DNA of 64,000 bases from Eimeria praecox. Its lineage: Eukaryota. A program made the position numbers and the translations under genes. The DNA is taken from the NCBI GenBank assembly GCA_963920595.1, contig OY986949.1:4464001-4528000 (forward strand), in the 5' to 3' direction. Of the stretch, positions 31,481 through 46,518 are shown one piece after another. The notes under the pieces are model-generated. The model worked only from the letters and a program-made list of their open reading frames with translations, ran no database searches and had not been told where the DNA came from. How positions within the stretch are numbered: the first letter of the stretch is position 1; each line of letters starts with the position of its first letter.

Positions 31481-32661
31481 ACAGCAGCAAGCACAGCAGT
31501 AGAAGCAACAGGCCATGAGGAATACCCGCAGCAGCAGCAGCAGCAAAGTTGTAGTATTAGCTGTAGCAACAGCAGCAACAGCAGCAGCAACAGCAGCAGC
31601 AGCAACAGCAGCAGCAACAGCAGCAGCAGCAACAGCAGCAGACACTAGCATCCTACCCCTAGACAAGAGAGGCCCCTTCGAGAGCGCAGCAGCAAAGCAA
31701 GTGTGTCTGCTAGCTGCTGCTGCAGCTGCTGCTGCTGCCGCTGCATGAAGGCTCCGAGGCAGTCTACCACAGTGTACGTACACCGCGTTATCGCCTGCCC
31801 CTGGCTGCTGCTGTTGCTGCTGCTGCTGTTGCTGTTGCTGCTGTTGCTGCTGTTGCTGCTGCTGCTGCTGTCAGGACCGTGTGTAATAGAGAAGACGATG
31901 AGGAATCTGCATGCACAAGCCGCAGCAGCGATGTCGAACTGAGATCAAACACCTAGGGTTTACGGTTTAGGGTTTAGGGTTTGAGGTCCTAGGGTTTAGG
32001 GTTTGAAGCCCTAGGGCTTAGGGTTTGAAGCCCTAGGGTTTAGGGTTTGAAGCCCTAGGGTTTAGGGTTTGAGGTCCTAGGGTTTAGGGTTTGGTGAGGG
32101 TTTAGGGTTTGAGGTCCTAGGGTTTAGGGTTTGACGACTGAGGGTTTAGGGTTTGGGGTCGTAGGGTTAAGGGTTTAGGGTTTAGGGTTTGAGCCTGCTT
32201 ACGCCACCCCCTCTCCATACACCGGCGCGAGGAGCGTTGCTTCCTGCTGCTGCAGCTGCTGCTGTTGCTGCTGCTGCTGGTGTTGCTGCTGCTGCCGTTG
32301 CTGCCGCCTTTGCATGCGGTTTAGCAGCCTTTGAAAATGTGTCTCCTGCAGCAGCAACAGCAGCAGCAACAGCAGCAGCAGCAACAGCAGCAGCAGCAAC
32401 AGCAGCAGCAGCAACAGCAGCAGCAACAGCAGCAAGTGTTAGCTGACGCATTGTTAGGTTGGCCTCGTAAGACATGATTGCTTCCTCTTATTAGGGTTTA
32501 GGGCTTAGGGTTTAGGGTTTAGGGTTTAGGGTTTAGGGTTTAGGGTTTGTAGCTTACGAGGTCTCGCGCCTTCAGCAGCAAATCTCCTTGGCTGCCGCAG
32601 AGCCGCTGCAGCTCAGCAGCATTCATCTGCAGCGTCTCCAGGCAGTATACTAAAGGACCCT

Positions 32662-32736
<75 letters not shown>

Positions 32737-33211
32737 GCAGATGCGGGTGTCATGCACGTCGATCGTCAACAACAGCACTCTTTATAGTAGTGGCGGGTCT
32801 CTCAGCAGCAGCAGCAAAAGCAGCAGCAGCAGCAACAGCAAATGCAGCAGCAGCAGCAGCAAATGCAGCAGCAGCAGCAGCACCAAGGAAGCTTACTGGT
32901 TGAGGCTCAGCTGCTGCACTTGCTGCTGCTGCTGCTGCTGCTGCTGCAGGTGTCTGCAGATCACGGGCATTAAATGTGGCGATTAGAGAGTTTATTGCCT
33001 GCAGCAGCAGCAACAGCAGCAGCAGCAGCAGATACAGCAGCAAGTTTGTTAGCGTACACCTCAGACACCTAGCAGCAGCACAGCAGCAGACGAGCTGCTG
33101 CTGCTGCACCTGAACTGTTGCTGCTGTTGCTGCAAGAGAAGTCTCCTACAGCAGCAGCAGCATCACCAACAGCAGCAGCAGCACCACCACCAACAGCAGC
33201 AGCAGCAGCAC

Positions 33212-33245
<34 letters not shown>

Positions 33246-33350
33246 TAGCTGAGAGGCTTACACCGGGCGTAGGCAGCTCTCCTGGCAGCAGCGACAGCAG
33301 CGCATGCAGCAGCTCCGGATACATCCTTAGCCCATACAAATCAGGCAGAT

Positions 33351-33381
<31 letters not shown>

Positions 33382-33541
33382 TGCTGTTGCTGCTGCTGCT
33401 CCTGGGGTTGTCGCCTTTGCTGTTGTTGTTGTTGCTGCTGCTGCTGTGTCTGCAGCAGCAGACACCAGGGAAGCAGCAGCTGCTGCAGATACACCTAGCA
33501 GATCCTGCCAGCAGAGGCTTCGTCTTGTTGCTGCAGCAGCA

Positions 33542-33576
<35 letters not shown>

Positions 33577-33653
33577 TGCTGCTGCTGCAGCTTCTGCTGC
33601 TTCTGAAGGCGAGTCTAACGTATCGCCATCCTTTGCTGCTGCATCTTCTGTAG

Positions 33654-33691
<38 letters not shown>

Positions 33692-33725
33692 ACGCATGAT
33701 TCCCCTTGGCTATCGGCTTTGTCGC

Positions 33726-33762
<37 letters not shown>

Positions 33763-33860
33763 CTTGTCGCTGCTGCCAACACTGCTGCTGCCTCCCGTGC
33801 TGCTGGTGCTGGGGCTGCTGCATGCACTTAAACGACGCTGCTTAGATCCTACATCATCCC

Positions 33861-33897
<37 letters not shown>

Positions 33898-34348
33898 GCT
33901 AGCTGCAACAGGGTCACCTGCAGCAGCTGCTGCTGTGCCTGCTGCGGTCTGGTTTGCTGCAGCAGCTGCTGCAGTAGTCTGCTGCAGCAGCAACTGGAGA
34001 GCACTGTCTACAGCTTCTTGCTGCTCCTCTACCTGCTGCAGCAGCAGCAGCAATTCTCCCCCGTGTTCGCGCTGCAGCAGCTGCTGCTGCAGCCGCTGCT
34101 GCTGTTGCTGCTGATGGTGCTGCTCGTCCAAGCTATCCGAGTCCTGCAGCAGCAGCAGCTGGTTTGCTGCTGCAACAGCAGCAGCAATCTCTGTGTCTTG
34201 CTGCAGCAGCAACGGCGCATGCAATGATAGGAAGCGCCCCCCAAGCTCGGTGGTTAGGTGTTGATACTGCTGCTGCTGCGGCTGCTGCTGCTGCTGCTGC
34301 TGTGGCTGTTGTTCCTGTTCCTGCTGCTGTTCCTGCTGCTGCTGCTGT

Positions 34349-34380
<32 letters not shown>

Positions 34381-34489
34381 TTGTTGCTGCTCCTGTTCAG
34401 ACCCGCCTGCGGTGGTGTCTTCCTGTGACGCCTGCTGTTGCTGCTGCTGCTGCTGTTGTTGTTGCTGCTGCTCTTTCTGCTCCTGTTGC

Positions 34490-34524
<35 letters not shown>

Positions 34525-35014
34525 TTGCTTGTGTGTCTGCATGCGTGTGTAGTTCTCCTGCAGCAGCAGCAGCTCCTCCTTGCTAGCCAAGGCAGCAGCA
34601 AGTTGCTGCAGCGACAGCCGCACTCGCGGGAGAGAGAAGCCCTGCCTGCGGAACCGCCAGAGTTGCTGCTGCTGCTGCAGCAAGAGCTGCTGCTGCTGCT
34701 GCTGCTGCTGCTGCCCCTGCGACAAGCTACCGATGGCATCAACTGCTGGACCAGCAGCAGCAGCTGCAGCAGCAGCAGCAGCTGCTGCTGCTGCTGCTGC
34801 TGTCGGTTGCTGCCACGGTGGATGTGCTAAGACTCCAGTGTCTCGCAGCCCCAGCCAGATTTGCTGCTGCTGCTGCTGCTGCTGCTGCTCAAAGACAGCA
34901 GCAGCAGCAGCAGCAGGCTCTGTTCTGCTGAGCTTCCTCCTTGCTGGTGGCTGCACTTCAAGATAACGTTTGAGGGAACAGACTGAGGGGGTCCGTGAAG
35001 CAGGACGCTGCTGC

Positions 35015-35049
<35 letters not shown>

Positions 35050-35224
35050 TTGCTGCTGTAGCTGTTCCTGTCGATGCTCTAGCTGCTGCCTCTGACTGGC
35101 TTCCCCCCCCCCTGCTGCTGCTGCTGCTGCTGCTGTGGGCCGCAGCAGCTGCCGCGCTAGCTGCCTGCCAAAGCCTAGCAAAGACTGCCCTGCAGCAGAA
35201 GCTCGTGTCAGCAGACCTCCAGAA

Positions 35225-35280
<56 letters not shown>

Positions 35281-35641
35281 ATGTTGGTGCTGCTCCTCCT
35301 GCATATCATAACGAGAAGGAAACAGCTGCTGCTGCAGTTGCAGTTGCTGATCCGGTTGCTGCTGCTGCTGCTGCTGCTGTTGCTGTTGCTGCTGCTGCTT
35401 TCGCCCATCCATACATGCGGAAGCAGCAGCAGCAGAAGCAGCACCCTGTGGGGCCGAGCGGCAGCTACTGCTGCAGCTGCGGCGGCCGTGTGCTGCTGCC
35501 TCCTGCAGCAGCAGCTGCTGCTCTGAGGCAACACGCTGAGAGAAGTCTGCTGCTGCTGCTGCAGCAGCAGCAGCAGCAGGTTGAGTCGCGCTGCATGCTG
35601 CTGCAGGAGGCTCCCTGTGCAGCAACAGATGCGGCAGACGG

Positions 35642-35674
<33 letters not shown>

Positions 35675-35767
35675 TGCTGCAGCAGCGTATGCAGCGAGGG
35701 AGCTACAGCAGTGACATCTGCTGCTGCTGCTGCACTCGTCAGCAGGCGCGTCATAGGGCACCTGACG

Positions 35768-35809
<42 letters not shown>

Positions 35810-36329
35810 AGGTGCTGCTGCTGCTGCTGCTGCCTCCCCCTACGCTGTGCTGCTCCTGCTGAGAAGGATCTGGGGTGTACATGCAGCGGCTGCTGCTGCT
35901 GCTGCTGCTGCTGCTGCCCCGCGCGAATGCCTGGTGAAGGCTGCAGCAGCAGCTGCTGCTGCTGCTGCACTGCAGCAGCAGCAGGACCCCCTGCAGCAGC
36001 TAACAAAGCTGCAGCACATATAGAGTTGCTGCTCCTGCTGCTGCTGCTGCTGCTGCTGCTCGCCCAGGGCACCTCCAGCGAGGGCTCCCCCCCCCCCGTA
36101 AAGGCAGAAGCAGACAAGACCCCGTGTGCAGAGCAAATGCTGCTGCTGCTGCTGCTGCTGCTGTTGCTGCTGCTATGCAGGCGAGACTGCAATACGCTTT
36201 GCCCTGCTGCAGCAGCAGATGCTGCAGCAGCAGCTGCTGCTGCTGCTGGTGCTGCTGCAGGTATGCTAGCCGAGGCAGTTGCTGCTGCAGCAGGCAGCTG
36301 ATGCGTCCCTGGGATACACCCAGGCAGCA

Positions 36330-36360
<31 letters not shown>

Positions 36361-36510
36361 TTGCTGCAGCCGCAGCTGCCTTTCCTGTTGCTGTTGTTGT
36401 TGTTGTTGCTGCTGCTGCTGCTGCTGCAGTTGCTGCTGCAGCTGCTGCTGCACAAACGGGCGCAACGGGCGTTGCTGCCGCAGCGTCCTTCGTGGGAGCT
36501 CCTCATCCAT
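30426..36510 (-). CDS. Large multi-exon Q/A-rich hypothetical protein (complete copy)
   Basis: Exon 1 36510-33262 (MDEELPRR…GELPTPG, donor GTAAGC) joins in phase to an exon starting at 32998 (AINSLIATFNARD). Later exons mirror those at 359-2556. Confidence 0.6.
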
Positions 36511-36547
<37 letters not shown>

Positions 36548-36649
36548 GCTGCTGCTGCTGCTCCTGCTGCTGCTGTCGCAGCAGCTGTGTGTTGCAGTTC
36601 CTGCTGCAGCCCCGTCAGCTGCTTCTGCTGCTGCTGACCAGCAAACCCG

Positions 36650-36849
36650 NNNNNNNNNNNNNNNNNNNNNNNNNNNNNNNNNNNNNNNNNNNNNNNNNNN
36701 NNNNNNNNNNNNNNNNNNNNNNNNNNNNNNNNNNNNNNNNNNNNNNNNNNNNNNNNNNNNNNNNNNNNNNNNNNNNNNNNNNNNNNNNNNNNNNNNNNNN
36801 NNNNNNNNNNNNNNNNNNNNNNNNNNNNNNNNNNNNNNNNNNNNNNNNN
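36650..36849. other. Scaffold gap (200 N)
   Basis: N run. Confidence 1.
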
Positions 36850-38310
<1,461 letters not shown>

Positions 38311-38989
38311 ATATCCTTAAAAGTAAGTAGAAACATCTCTGTCTGTGTTTTGTAGTCTGTGTATTTGTTTATCTCCCCCCCCTTCCTTCCCTTTCAGCCC
38401 CACTGAAGCTCCTAGGGTTTAGGGTTTAGGGTTTAGGGTTTAGGGTTTATAGCAAGGACACGCCGGCACAGCTGGGCAGACGAAGCAACGCTCATTACTG
38501 CTGCTGCTGCTGCTTCTATCCTGCAGCAGCAGCTGCTGCTGCTGCTGCGCTCATCTTGCAGCAGCACCTGCTGCTGCTTCTATCCTGCAGCAGCAGCAGC
38601 TGCTGCGCCCATCTTGCAGCAGCACCTGCTGCTGCTTCTATCCTGCAGCAGCAGCAGCTGCTGCGCTCATCTTGCAGCAGCACCTGCTGCTGCTTCTATC
38701 CTGTAGCAGCAGCTGCTGCTGCGCTCATCTTGCAGCAGCAGCAGCTGCTGCGCTCATCTTGCAGCAGCAGTAGCTGCTGCTGCATGTACAGTCGCGGAGT
38801 TAATTAATAAAGCAGCACCAGCAGCAGATGTAGCAGCAGCAGCAGATGCAGCAGCAACTGCTGCTGCTGCTGCATCCACCTAAAGAAACATCCGCTGGGT
38901 CTGCAAAAAGCTGCATGCGTTTGCTGCTGCTGCTGCTGCTGCAGCAGCAGCAGCATCAGCAGTAGCAGCAGTAGCAGTAGCAGCAGCTA

Positions 38990-39428
38990 TTACTCCTGCT
39001 GCTGCTCCTGTGTTGCCTCCTGTGATGGAGATACGTCAGACTTCGGTTCTTGCTGCTGCATACGCTCAGGTGTACGTACACCTGCGGCATCATCTTCATC
39101 TACATGCTTCTGCCCCCCTTGAGGCATATGTTGTTGCTGCTGCTGCTGCTGGTGGTGGTCTTGCTGCTGCAGTTCTTCTTGTTCTTGATTGCCGCGATCC
39201 TGAGCGTGCTGCTGCTGCTGCTGCTGCTGCTGCTGACAGTTATCTTGAGGTGTATGGGGAGGTGGCGATGCTCTGTCTCTATCTGCTGCTGCTGCTGCTG
39301 CAGCCTCTTCCATATCATCTGCATCAACCTGCAATTCTTGTTCTTGCTGCTGCTGCAGCAGCATTAATTCTTGCAGCTGTCGCTGGTCCTCATGCTCTTG
39401 CTCCTCCCCATCAGGTGTATCATCATTA

Positions 39429-39460
<32 letters not shown>

Positions 39461-39533
39461 ATGGTGGTGATGTTGGTGGTGTTCGTGGTGGTGCTCTTGT
39501 TCTTGTTGCTCCTGATCTTGCTGTTCTTGCTGT

Positions 39534-39569
<36 letters not shown>

Positions 39570-41647
39570 AGGTCTTCCTCTTCTTGCTGCTCTTTATGAC
39601 TTGGATGATGACACATAGGACATAGAGACGGCTCCTTCTCGCACTCTCCTTGTATATAGAGAGAGCAGGGACGGCAACAGCGTTTAAGATGAAGCAATAC
39701 AGAAGGATGAGAAGGGTAGTGGGGATTTGCATGCGATGGATGATGGCAACTAGAGCATTTTCTACCTTCTCTGGTGTCTTTACAGCCTGTAGGAGAAGAG
39801 AAGAAGTCTGAACAGGGGAGACATACACCCCGATCATGTGCATCCATATCAAATGATATTTTCTGTCTTGGTATAACCCGTAATTGTTGCTGTCTTTGTT
39901 GCTCTAATTGCTGTTGTAACTTCTCTTCTTCTTCTTCCTTCAAGCCTTCTGGGGTTTCAAAATGTGTGGGGTGATGACAGAAGACACAATAACTCTGTCT
40001 ACAATAACCACTACTACGATATCGATGACATGGCATACATCTACACCGCTCATGAAGAAGAGAGAATGGATGAAGAGGGGATTTAATATCTCTATGTTCT
40101 TCTGAATGGCATCGGGGACAGGAAGCACCACGACTACAACCATCAATATGACAGAAGTACCAAACACACGGCAAACAGCTATCAGGGTGCCTCCACTTCC
40201 TTACTCCTACGCCCCCCTTACGTTCCCCGTCTTGCTGCTGCTGCTGCTGCTGCTGCTGCTGTCCTTGCTGCTGCTGCTGCTGCTGTGGGGGGGGAGGCGG
40301 AGGAGGTTGAAGGCCAGACACACGCATCAGGGGAGGGAGTAGATGGTGTTGCCGAGAAGACAGACGAGGAGGAGACCCTCGGCTGCGTCTATCTCCTGCT
40401 GCTGCTGCTGCTGCTGCAGGGTCTGCATCTACCCCACGGCGCCCATACTCACCCCCACCACTACCAGCAGCAGCAGCAGCAGCAGCAGCAGGGTGTCTCC
40501 GTTGCATGCGATCTGTCTCCATATATCGTCCAGGGCTGCGACCGAGCTGTCTAGACCCTTCGAGGTTCCCCTCCCAGTATTCCTTCCTGCTGCTTCTCCC
40601 TTCTGCTGCTGCTGCTGCAGCAGCAGCAGCAGCAGAACTAAATCCGCTTGAGCCTCCGCCCCTACCGCCCTCCCCATCAGATCGTCCTAAGCCTCTGCTG
40701 CTATATCCTGGTCTTGTATACTGCTGCTGCCCTTGCTGCTGCTGCTGTCCTTGCTGCTGCAGCTGTCGTGGCTGCTGTTTGTATGGATATTGCTGCTGCT
40801 GCTGGTTGTAGGGGTATTGCTGCTGCTGCTCATCTACTCTCATACTTTCTTCTTTGCTTCCTATTCTATGATACGGCATCTGCTGCTGCTGCTGTCTTGG
40901 TGCTGCATCGCTGCTGCTGCTGCGATATCTCGTAAACCGTTGCTGCCGCTGCTGCAGATGCTGCTGCTGCTGCTGTCGTTGAGGATAGTCTGCGTCTCTT
41001 TCATTCCCTGCCCCCCCACGTCCGCCCCCCATACGTCCCCCCCTGCTGCTGCTGCTGCTGCTGCTGTCTCCTCCCTGTCCTCTCCAGTATGGGCTTCTGC
41101 TGCGGCTTCTGCTGCGGCTTCTGCTGCGGCTCCTGCTGCGGCTTCTGCTGCGGCTTCTGCTGCGGCTAGTGCTGCTGTATGGATGTCGATCATATCTTCT
41201 TCTGTTGCTGATTCTGCTGTCTTCGTATCTCGAAGCTTCTTGATAGTTTTGCTGCTGCTGCTGCATGTAGGGTTGCCGCTGCTGCTGTTGATAGTGTTGT
41301 TGTTGATAATGTTGCTGTTGCTGCGGGTCATACTGCTGTCTGCTGTAGCCTGTGCTGCGGCTTGTACCCTGAAGCCGAGGGAGCCTGCTGTCTCTCCCTG
41401 GTGGCTGCTGCTTCCACCACGGGGCCTCCCCCTGTGCCTTGCTGCTGCTGGTGCTTCTGCTGCTGCTGTTGCATCCTCGTGACGACCATACAACACCTTG
41501 ACTCGAAGCAGCACCACTGCCGCAGTTTGCTGCTGCAGCACCAGCAGCAGCAGCAGCAGCACCAGCAGCAGCATCATAAGGAGCACCATGATGTCTCCTT
41601 CTATCTCCATCACAGTTTGGCGCAGATCGCCAGTGCTGCTGCTCCAT
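38990..41647 (-). CDS. RS/RGG-containing protein with four Cys/His (CCCH-like) zinc fingers, probable RNA-binding protein
   Basis: Single open frame; likely start MEQQHWRS at 41647. It has an SRSRSR tract, RGG segments and four repeats of H-x3-4-C-x-P-C-x7-9-C-x4-8-C-x2-C-H-x3-H. Confidence 0.8.
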
Positions 41648-41862
41648 TTTGTTTCTGTTGTTGTTGTTGTTGTTGTTATTATTATTTATATATATTTTAT
41701 TGTTTATATCGATGATGATGCTGCGGGGGAGGGAGATGAAGCTAAGATCAGCCTGCTGCTGCAGTTGCTGCAGCGTAAAACCTCCTTGTGTGGAGTTGAT
41801 AGCTTTGGGGTTTAACGGGATTGTAGGATGCCTACAGGCCCCAGCAGAACGGTGGCTGTAGG

Positions 41863-41905
<43 letters not shown>

Positions 41906-42237
41906 TCTGCAGCAGCTGCAGCCGCTGCAGGAGCACGGGCCAGCAGTGCAAGTGCTGCTGCTGGGTCTCCAGAGCAGGAAGCAGAAAGGTATTACCAAGC
42001 ATATACTTGTTATAATATGTTATTTTAAAACAAATAATAAAATAAACGTATCTTAATCCCCTGCTGTTGGTGCGTCGGCTGTGAGAGAGAGAGAGAGAGA
42101 AGAGAGAAGGAACAGCAACAACACGGGGAAGCTTCGGCTGCTGCTGCTGCAGTTATAAGATATAATAACAACACGAGAAAACAGTAGAATCAAATGCTCC
42201 TACTACCCTGCTGCTGTTGCTGCTGTTCTTGCTGCTG

Positions 42238-42277
<40 letters not shown>

Positions 42278-42496
42278 GCCTCCCAAGGCCTCGCCCCGCC
42301 AGCACAGACAGACGCATAGGGGCTTTCTGCTGCTGCTGCAGCAACCTGCAGCAGACTCACACTCGCTGCATGCAGTTGTTCTTTATATATATCCTTCCAT
42401 ATATTCCTTTATATAATAATTTAGGATTATTTATTTGTTTTCTACAAAAAAATAGCATTCTGCTGCACCGCAGCAGCATTATCTCAACAACTACTA

Positions 42497-42539
<43 letters not shown>

Positions 42540-42638
42540 GGCTGCAGCTACTGCTGCAACGATTTGCTGGGGTTGAAGGAGCAGCAGCACAACCTATCCT
42601 TCTCTGTATATTCTTGAGATTACAAACATAAAGAGAGG

Positions 42639-42836
42639 ATGTTGAGTAGGGCATTTGGAGGCCATATTGGCGCCTCGGCTTCAGCAGCAGCAGCAGCAGC
42701 AACAGCAGCTTCTGCTGCTGCTGCTGCTGCACCTAGTGGCTTTGGTAGTTTGCTGTTGCGACGCCCCCCACTATTGCTGCAGATATCTGATGCAAGTAGA
42801 ATATCTATGCGTTATGGGGCCTCATTGGCAGCACAA

Positions 42837-42874
<38 letters not shown>

Positions 42875-43454
42875 TCTGCAAACACATCATCATCTGTCGC
42901 TATCGCATGCACTGCAACAACAGCAACAGCAGCAGCAGCAGCAGCAACAGCATTTGCTGCTGCAGCAACGAAGCAACATGGACCGTGTAGGGGATTGTAT
43001 CTATCGTTGGCTCGATATAACAGGTTTTCTAACACGATGGCATTCACGAAAAGATTGGATATTAGATTTAGATTCATATTCTCGTTTATGTACTCCGTTA
43101 ATAACAGAATATGAAAGGAAGATGATAATGTTTGTGGGGTTGAATGCGTATATATTTTTTATAATAGCATTATATCTAACATATAAAGGACATGCACATG
43201 GGGCTATCAAACCCCCTGTACCTGTATATACAGATTATCCTGGACTAGACGGACGGAAGAAAGACTTCACCTGGCATGGACGGCTCTTCTTTATATCCCC
43301 CAAAGAAAGATGTAAGGAGTGTAGATGGCTTGATCTGGAATGCAAAAAAAAATGTTTTGAAGATATTAAAGCGCAAGGACATAAACTCATTATCAACAAA
43401 GGAAACCCACTGTCGGTACCGAGAACAAAGCTAGAACCTCCTCATACACATTAA
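42639..43454 (+). CDS. COX6A: Cytochrome c oxidase subunit 6A-like protein (apicomplexan ApiCox-type)
   Basis: Mitochondrial presequence-like start (MLSRAFGG…LLLRRP) and one TM helix (MIMFVGLNAYIFFIIALYLTY), followed by HAH…YPGLDGRKKDFTWHG and CKECRWLDLECKKKC. This resembles the COX6A post-TM motif, from recall. Confidence 0.7.
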
Positions 43455-43457
43455 ATT

Positions 43458-43489
<32 letters not shown>

Positions 43490-44229
43490 TTGTTAATTAA
43501 AAACATTCCTGCTGATGATGCTGCTGCTGTTGCTGTTGCAGCTTCAGCACGTGTTCTTGTTGAAACAGATGCTGCTGATGCTGCTGCTGCTGCAACCTGT
43601 CTTCCTGTTGCAGTAGAAACTCCCAAAACTAGTGCAGCAATTGCTGCAGGGAGGGGCGTAGATATCGCTGCCATAGCAGCAGCATAAGTGATGCAGCAGC
43701 AGCAGCAACAGCAGATCGTGCTGCAGCAGATAGTGCTGCAGCTGCTGGTGCTGCCTACGCAGTGATTGCATGCAGCGCCTCGTTTGAGTGTGTGTCGATT
43801 TCTTCTCGCCTAACGCTAACTAACGCCTCTTCATTGGAGGCAGGGTTTTTGTGTATGAACTGCTGCTGCTGCAGCAGATAGCTGCAGCAGATAGCTGCAG
43901 CAGATAGCTGCAGCAAACCCTTGCTTCGAGGGTGTCTTGGAGGCTTTATCTGCTTCAGTACTGCAATTAATCCTCCTGTAGAAGTGAAAAGGAGAGTGTA
44001 AGATACATCCAACACCATGCATGCAGCAGCAGCTGCTGCTGCATGCAGCAGCAGCAGCAGTAGCCACAGAGTGCGGCAGCAGCAGCAGCAGCTGCTGCAT
44101 GCAGCAGCAGCAGCAGCAGCAGTAGCCACAGAGTGCGGCAGCAGCAGCAGCAGCAGCAAATGTTTCTTTGTGCTGTACTACATTAGTAGAAACAAAATAT
44201 AAGATTGTAGAATAAAAGAGAGAAACCTA

Positions 44230-45797
44230 TCAAGGGGGTTGATTGTCTTCTTTATCAAACTCGGCTTTGCACCAATCATCTGTAAACCATTCAACATACG
44301 CCTGTGTAGGATCTGCACAGGTGTCGTCGCTAGCTAAGCATGTTATTGCATGCAGCAAGGGTTTCTGCTGTCTATGAAACTTTTGAAAATTAAAAACAAA
44401 GTCGGAGTCGTCTTCTTTAACTACCTCAGAAACAGCCGTTGGGGGCTCACGATCTTCAGGAGCAGCAGCAGCAGAGAGTGCAACGTGCTTATCTACTGGA
44501 TTCAGACTGCTTTCTTGAGATTCCTTCACGCACTGTCGAATCTCTTTCAGTAATGTCGCCTTATCCTCGCGAAAACTGCAGAAAACACACACAAAATACA
44601 CAGGAAAGCGTCAAACAACTTGCATGCAATAGAAAGAGGAATCTGCGGTAAAAAACGAAACATGAACATGCATGCATGCATGACACAAAACAATTAAAAA
44701 AACAAAAAAGACTTGTTTCCACACAAAAACCAATCCACATTTGTGATGATATTCAGCTGCTTTCCACCTGCGATCAGCGGTAGTTGCTTTGGGGTGTACG
44801 TACAGCTGAGCAGCTCGTTGATTCTTCCAGTTCTTTTCATCTGTAGTTCCCTTGAGTAGATTTTTTGAGAGGAAGAGGCTTTTTAAATACAACAACAGCA
44901 TGGGTATATAATCTCTTTCGCTGTTCCACTCCTTAAAATATGCCTACAAAATCCGACAAAGAAACATGCAAAACAATGCAACTCGCGATCTACCCTTCGA
45001 GGATCATGAAGGAAACACGGTGGAAATATCATTATTTCTTTGTATTTGATTCTCCCTATGAATGTAATCAACATTAAAAACCCAAATTCCCTAAAATTAT
45101 TCATGAGGTGTATCTCCAACTATCATGAAAACATCTCCCTTTGCAACTTGAATCGGCTGTTATTTCTTTTGTTTCTTGCTTACCTGAATGCAAACTTCGC
45201 CAGTTTCTACATCTACCAGAGGATGAAACACACGAGTAAGAAATGTAAGATTCGGTGCAGCCGTCGGATATGCTTTCGGTACGCTAATCCTAAACTTGAA
45301 TATACCTCCTTGATAAACCCCATGCCGCAGAAACGCAACACCGTCCCATGCTGCAGCAAAAAGAAAAATACAAGAGGAAAAGGCTTCTAAGAAACAGCAG
45401 TGTGTGAAGGTGGATGCTTCAGATTCGGGTGCAGGGATGCTGCCGCTGCCGCTGCTGCTGCTGCTGCTACACCTGCTGATATTGTTGCTGCTGCAGCAAC
45501 AGCTCCAGCAGCAGCAGCAGCAGGATGGTGAATACTCACTCCTCACGTCGTTCCACGTAGGCATGCAGTATATACCGTCGGGCGCGAACGGGGGCATCTT
45601 AGCGCTGCAGCAAACAGCAGCAAGAAGAGACAGCAGAATTTCTTCTGTTTCTTCTGTCTTTGCTTTCTTCACTGTTTCGAATACGACAGCATAAATTTGC
45701 TTGGCAGCAAAAGATGAAAAGAAAAAAGACAGAGAAACAAAAGAAACAAAACAACGACAGCAACAGAAGCAGCAGCAGCAACAGCAGCAGAAGCAAC

Positions 45798-45832
<35 letters not shown>

Positions 45833-46368
45833 AAGCAGCAGCAAAAACAGAACAGCAAAACAACAAAAACAAAAAAGCAAAACAACAACAGGAACAGAAG
45901 CAGCAGCAACAACAGCAACAGCAACAGAAGCAGCAGCAGCAGCAGCAACAGAAGCAGCAACAACAAAAGAGCAGCAAAACAACAGAAACAACAGCAGCAA
46001 AGCAACAACAGCAGCCGGAGCAGCAACAACAACCGCAACAGCAGGAGCAGCAGCAGCAACAAGAGCAGCAGCAACAACAACAACAACATATCTACGTACT
46101 ATTCAATAAGGACAGAGTACATATCCAGGCTTTCTTCAACAATTTTGGGGTCTGGCGGCACATCACGCCCTTCCGAATCCACACCAGCCAACAACTCTTT
46201 GCTTATCGGTAAGACAGTGCGGCCTTCCCCTTCAGCATTTTGCTGCTGCATGCTCCCTCCCATTAGAAGCAACTCATCATCTACAAGTAGTCTACTTCTT
46301 CCAGACTGACAGCGCCTCAGAGCAGCAGGAGAAAACTCTCTATCAAGATCCCCGACGGCCTCCCCCAT
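44230..46368 (-). CDS. AKTIP: Ubiquitin-conjugating-fold protein, AKTIP/FTS-like E2 variant
   Basis: Phase-consistent exons 46368-46100, 45604-45540, 45350-45184, 44943-44804, 44575-44230 give YSVLIEY…PDGIYCMP…WDGVAFLRHGVYQGGIFKFRISVPKAYP…VFHPLVDVETGEVCI…AAQLFREDK. Confidence 0.8.
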
Positions 46369-46483
46369 TGCAAGGCCCTCACCCTCACCACCCCACAGCC
46401 CTTCAAGGCCTCTTCAGAAAAATCTACTAGAGAAAAATACACCGATGGTCAGAACTGATGACCAGTGGTCACAACACTGGAAG

Positions 46484-46518
<35 letters not shown>

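Larger units (their letters stand above)
21906..32984. repeat. Right arm of the inverted duplication (homology may extend further, beyond what the window shows for the left arm)
   Basis: Reverse complement of 1-12023 with SNPs and indels. Confidence 0.97.

Noticed and set aside
38500..38780. ~45-50 bp tandem repeat (…cttctatcctgcagcag…gcgctcatcttgcag…)
   Set aside because: CAG-derived minisatellite downstream of the zinc-finger gene with no evidence of function.
41648..41998. N-terminal extension of the 1002-aa ORF from a non-ATG start
   Set aside because: It starts at TTG and is low complexity; the first in-frame ATG is at 41647.
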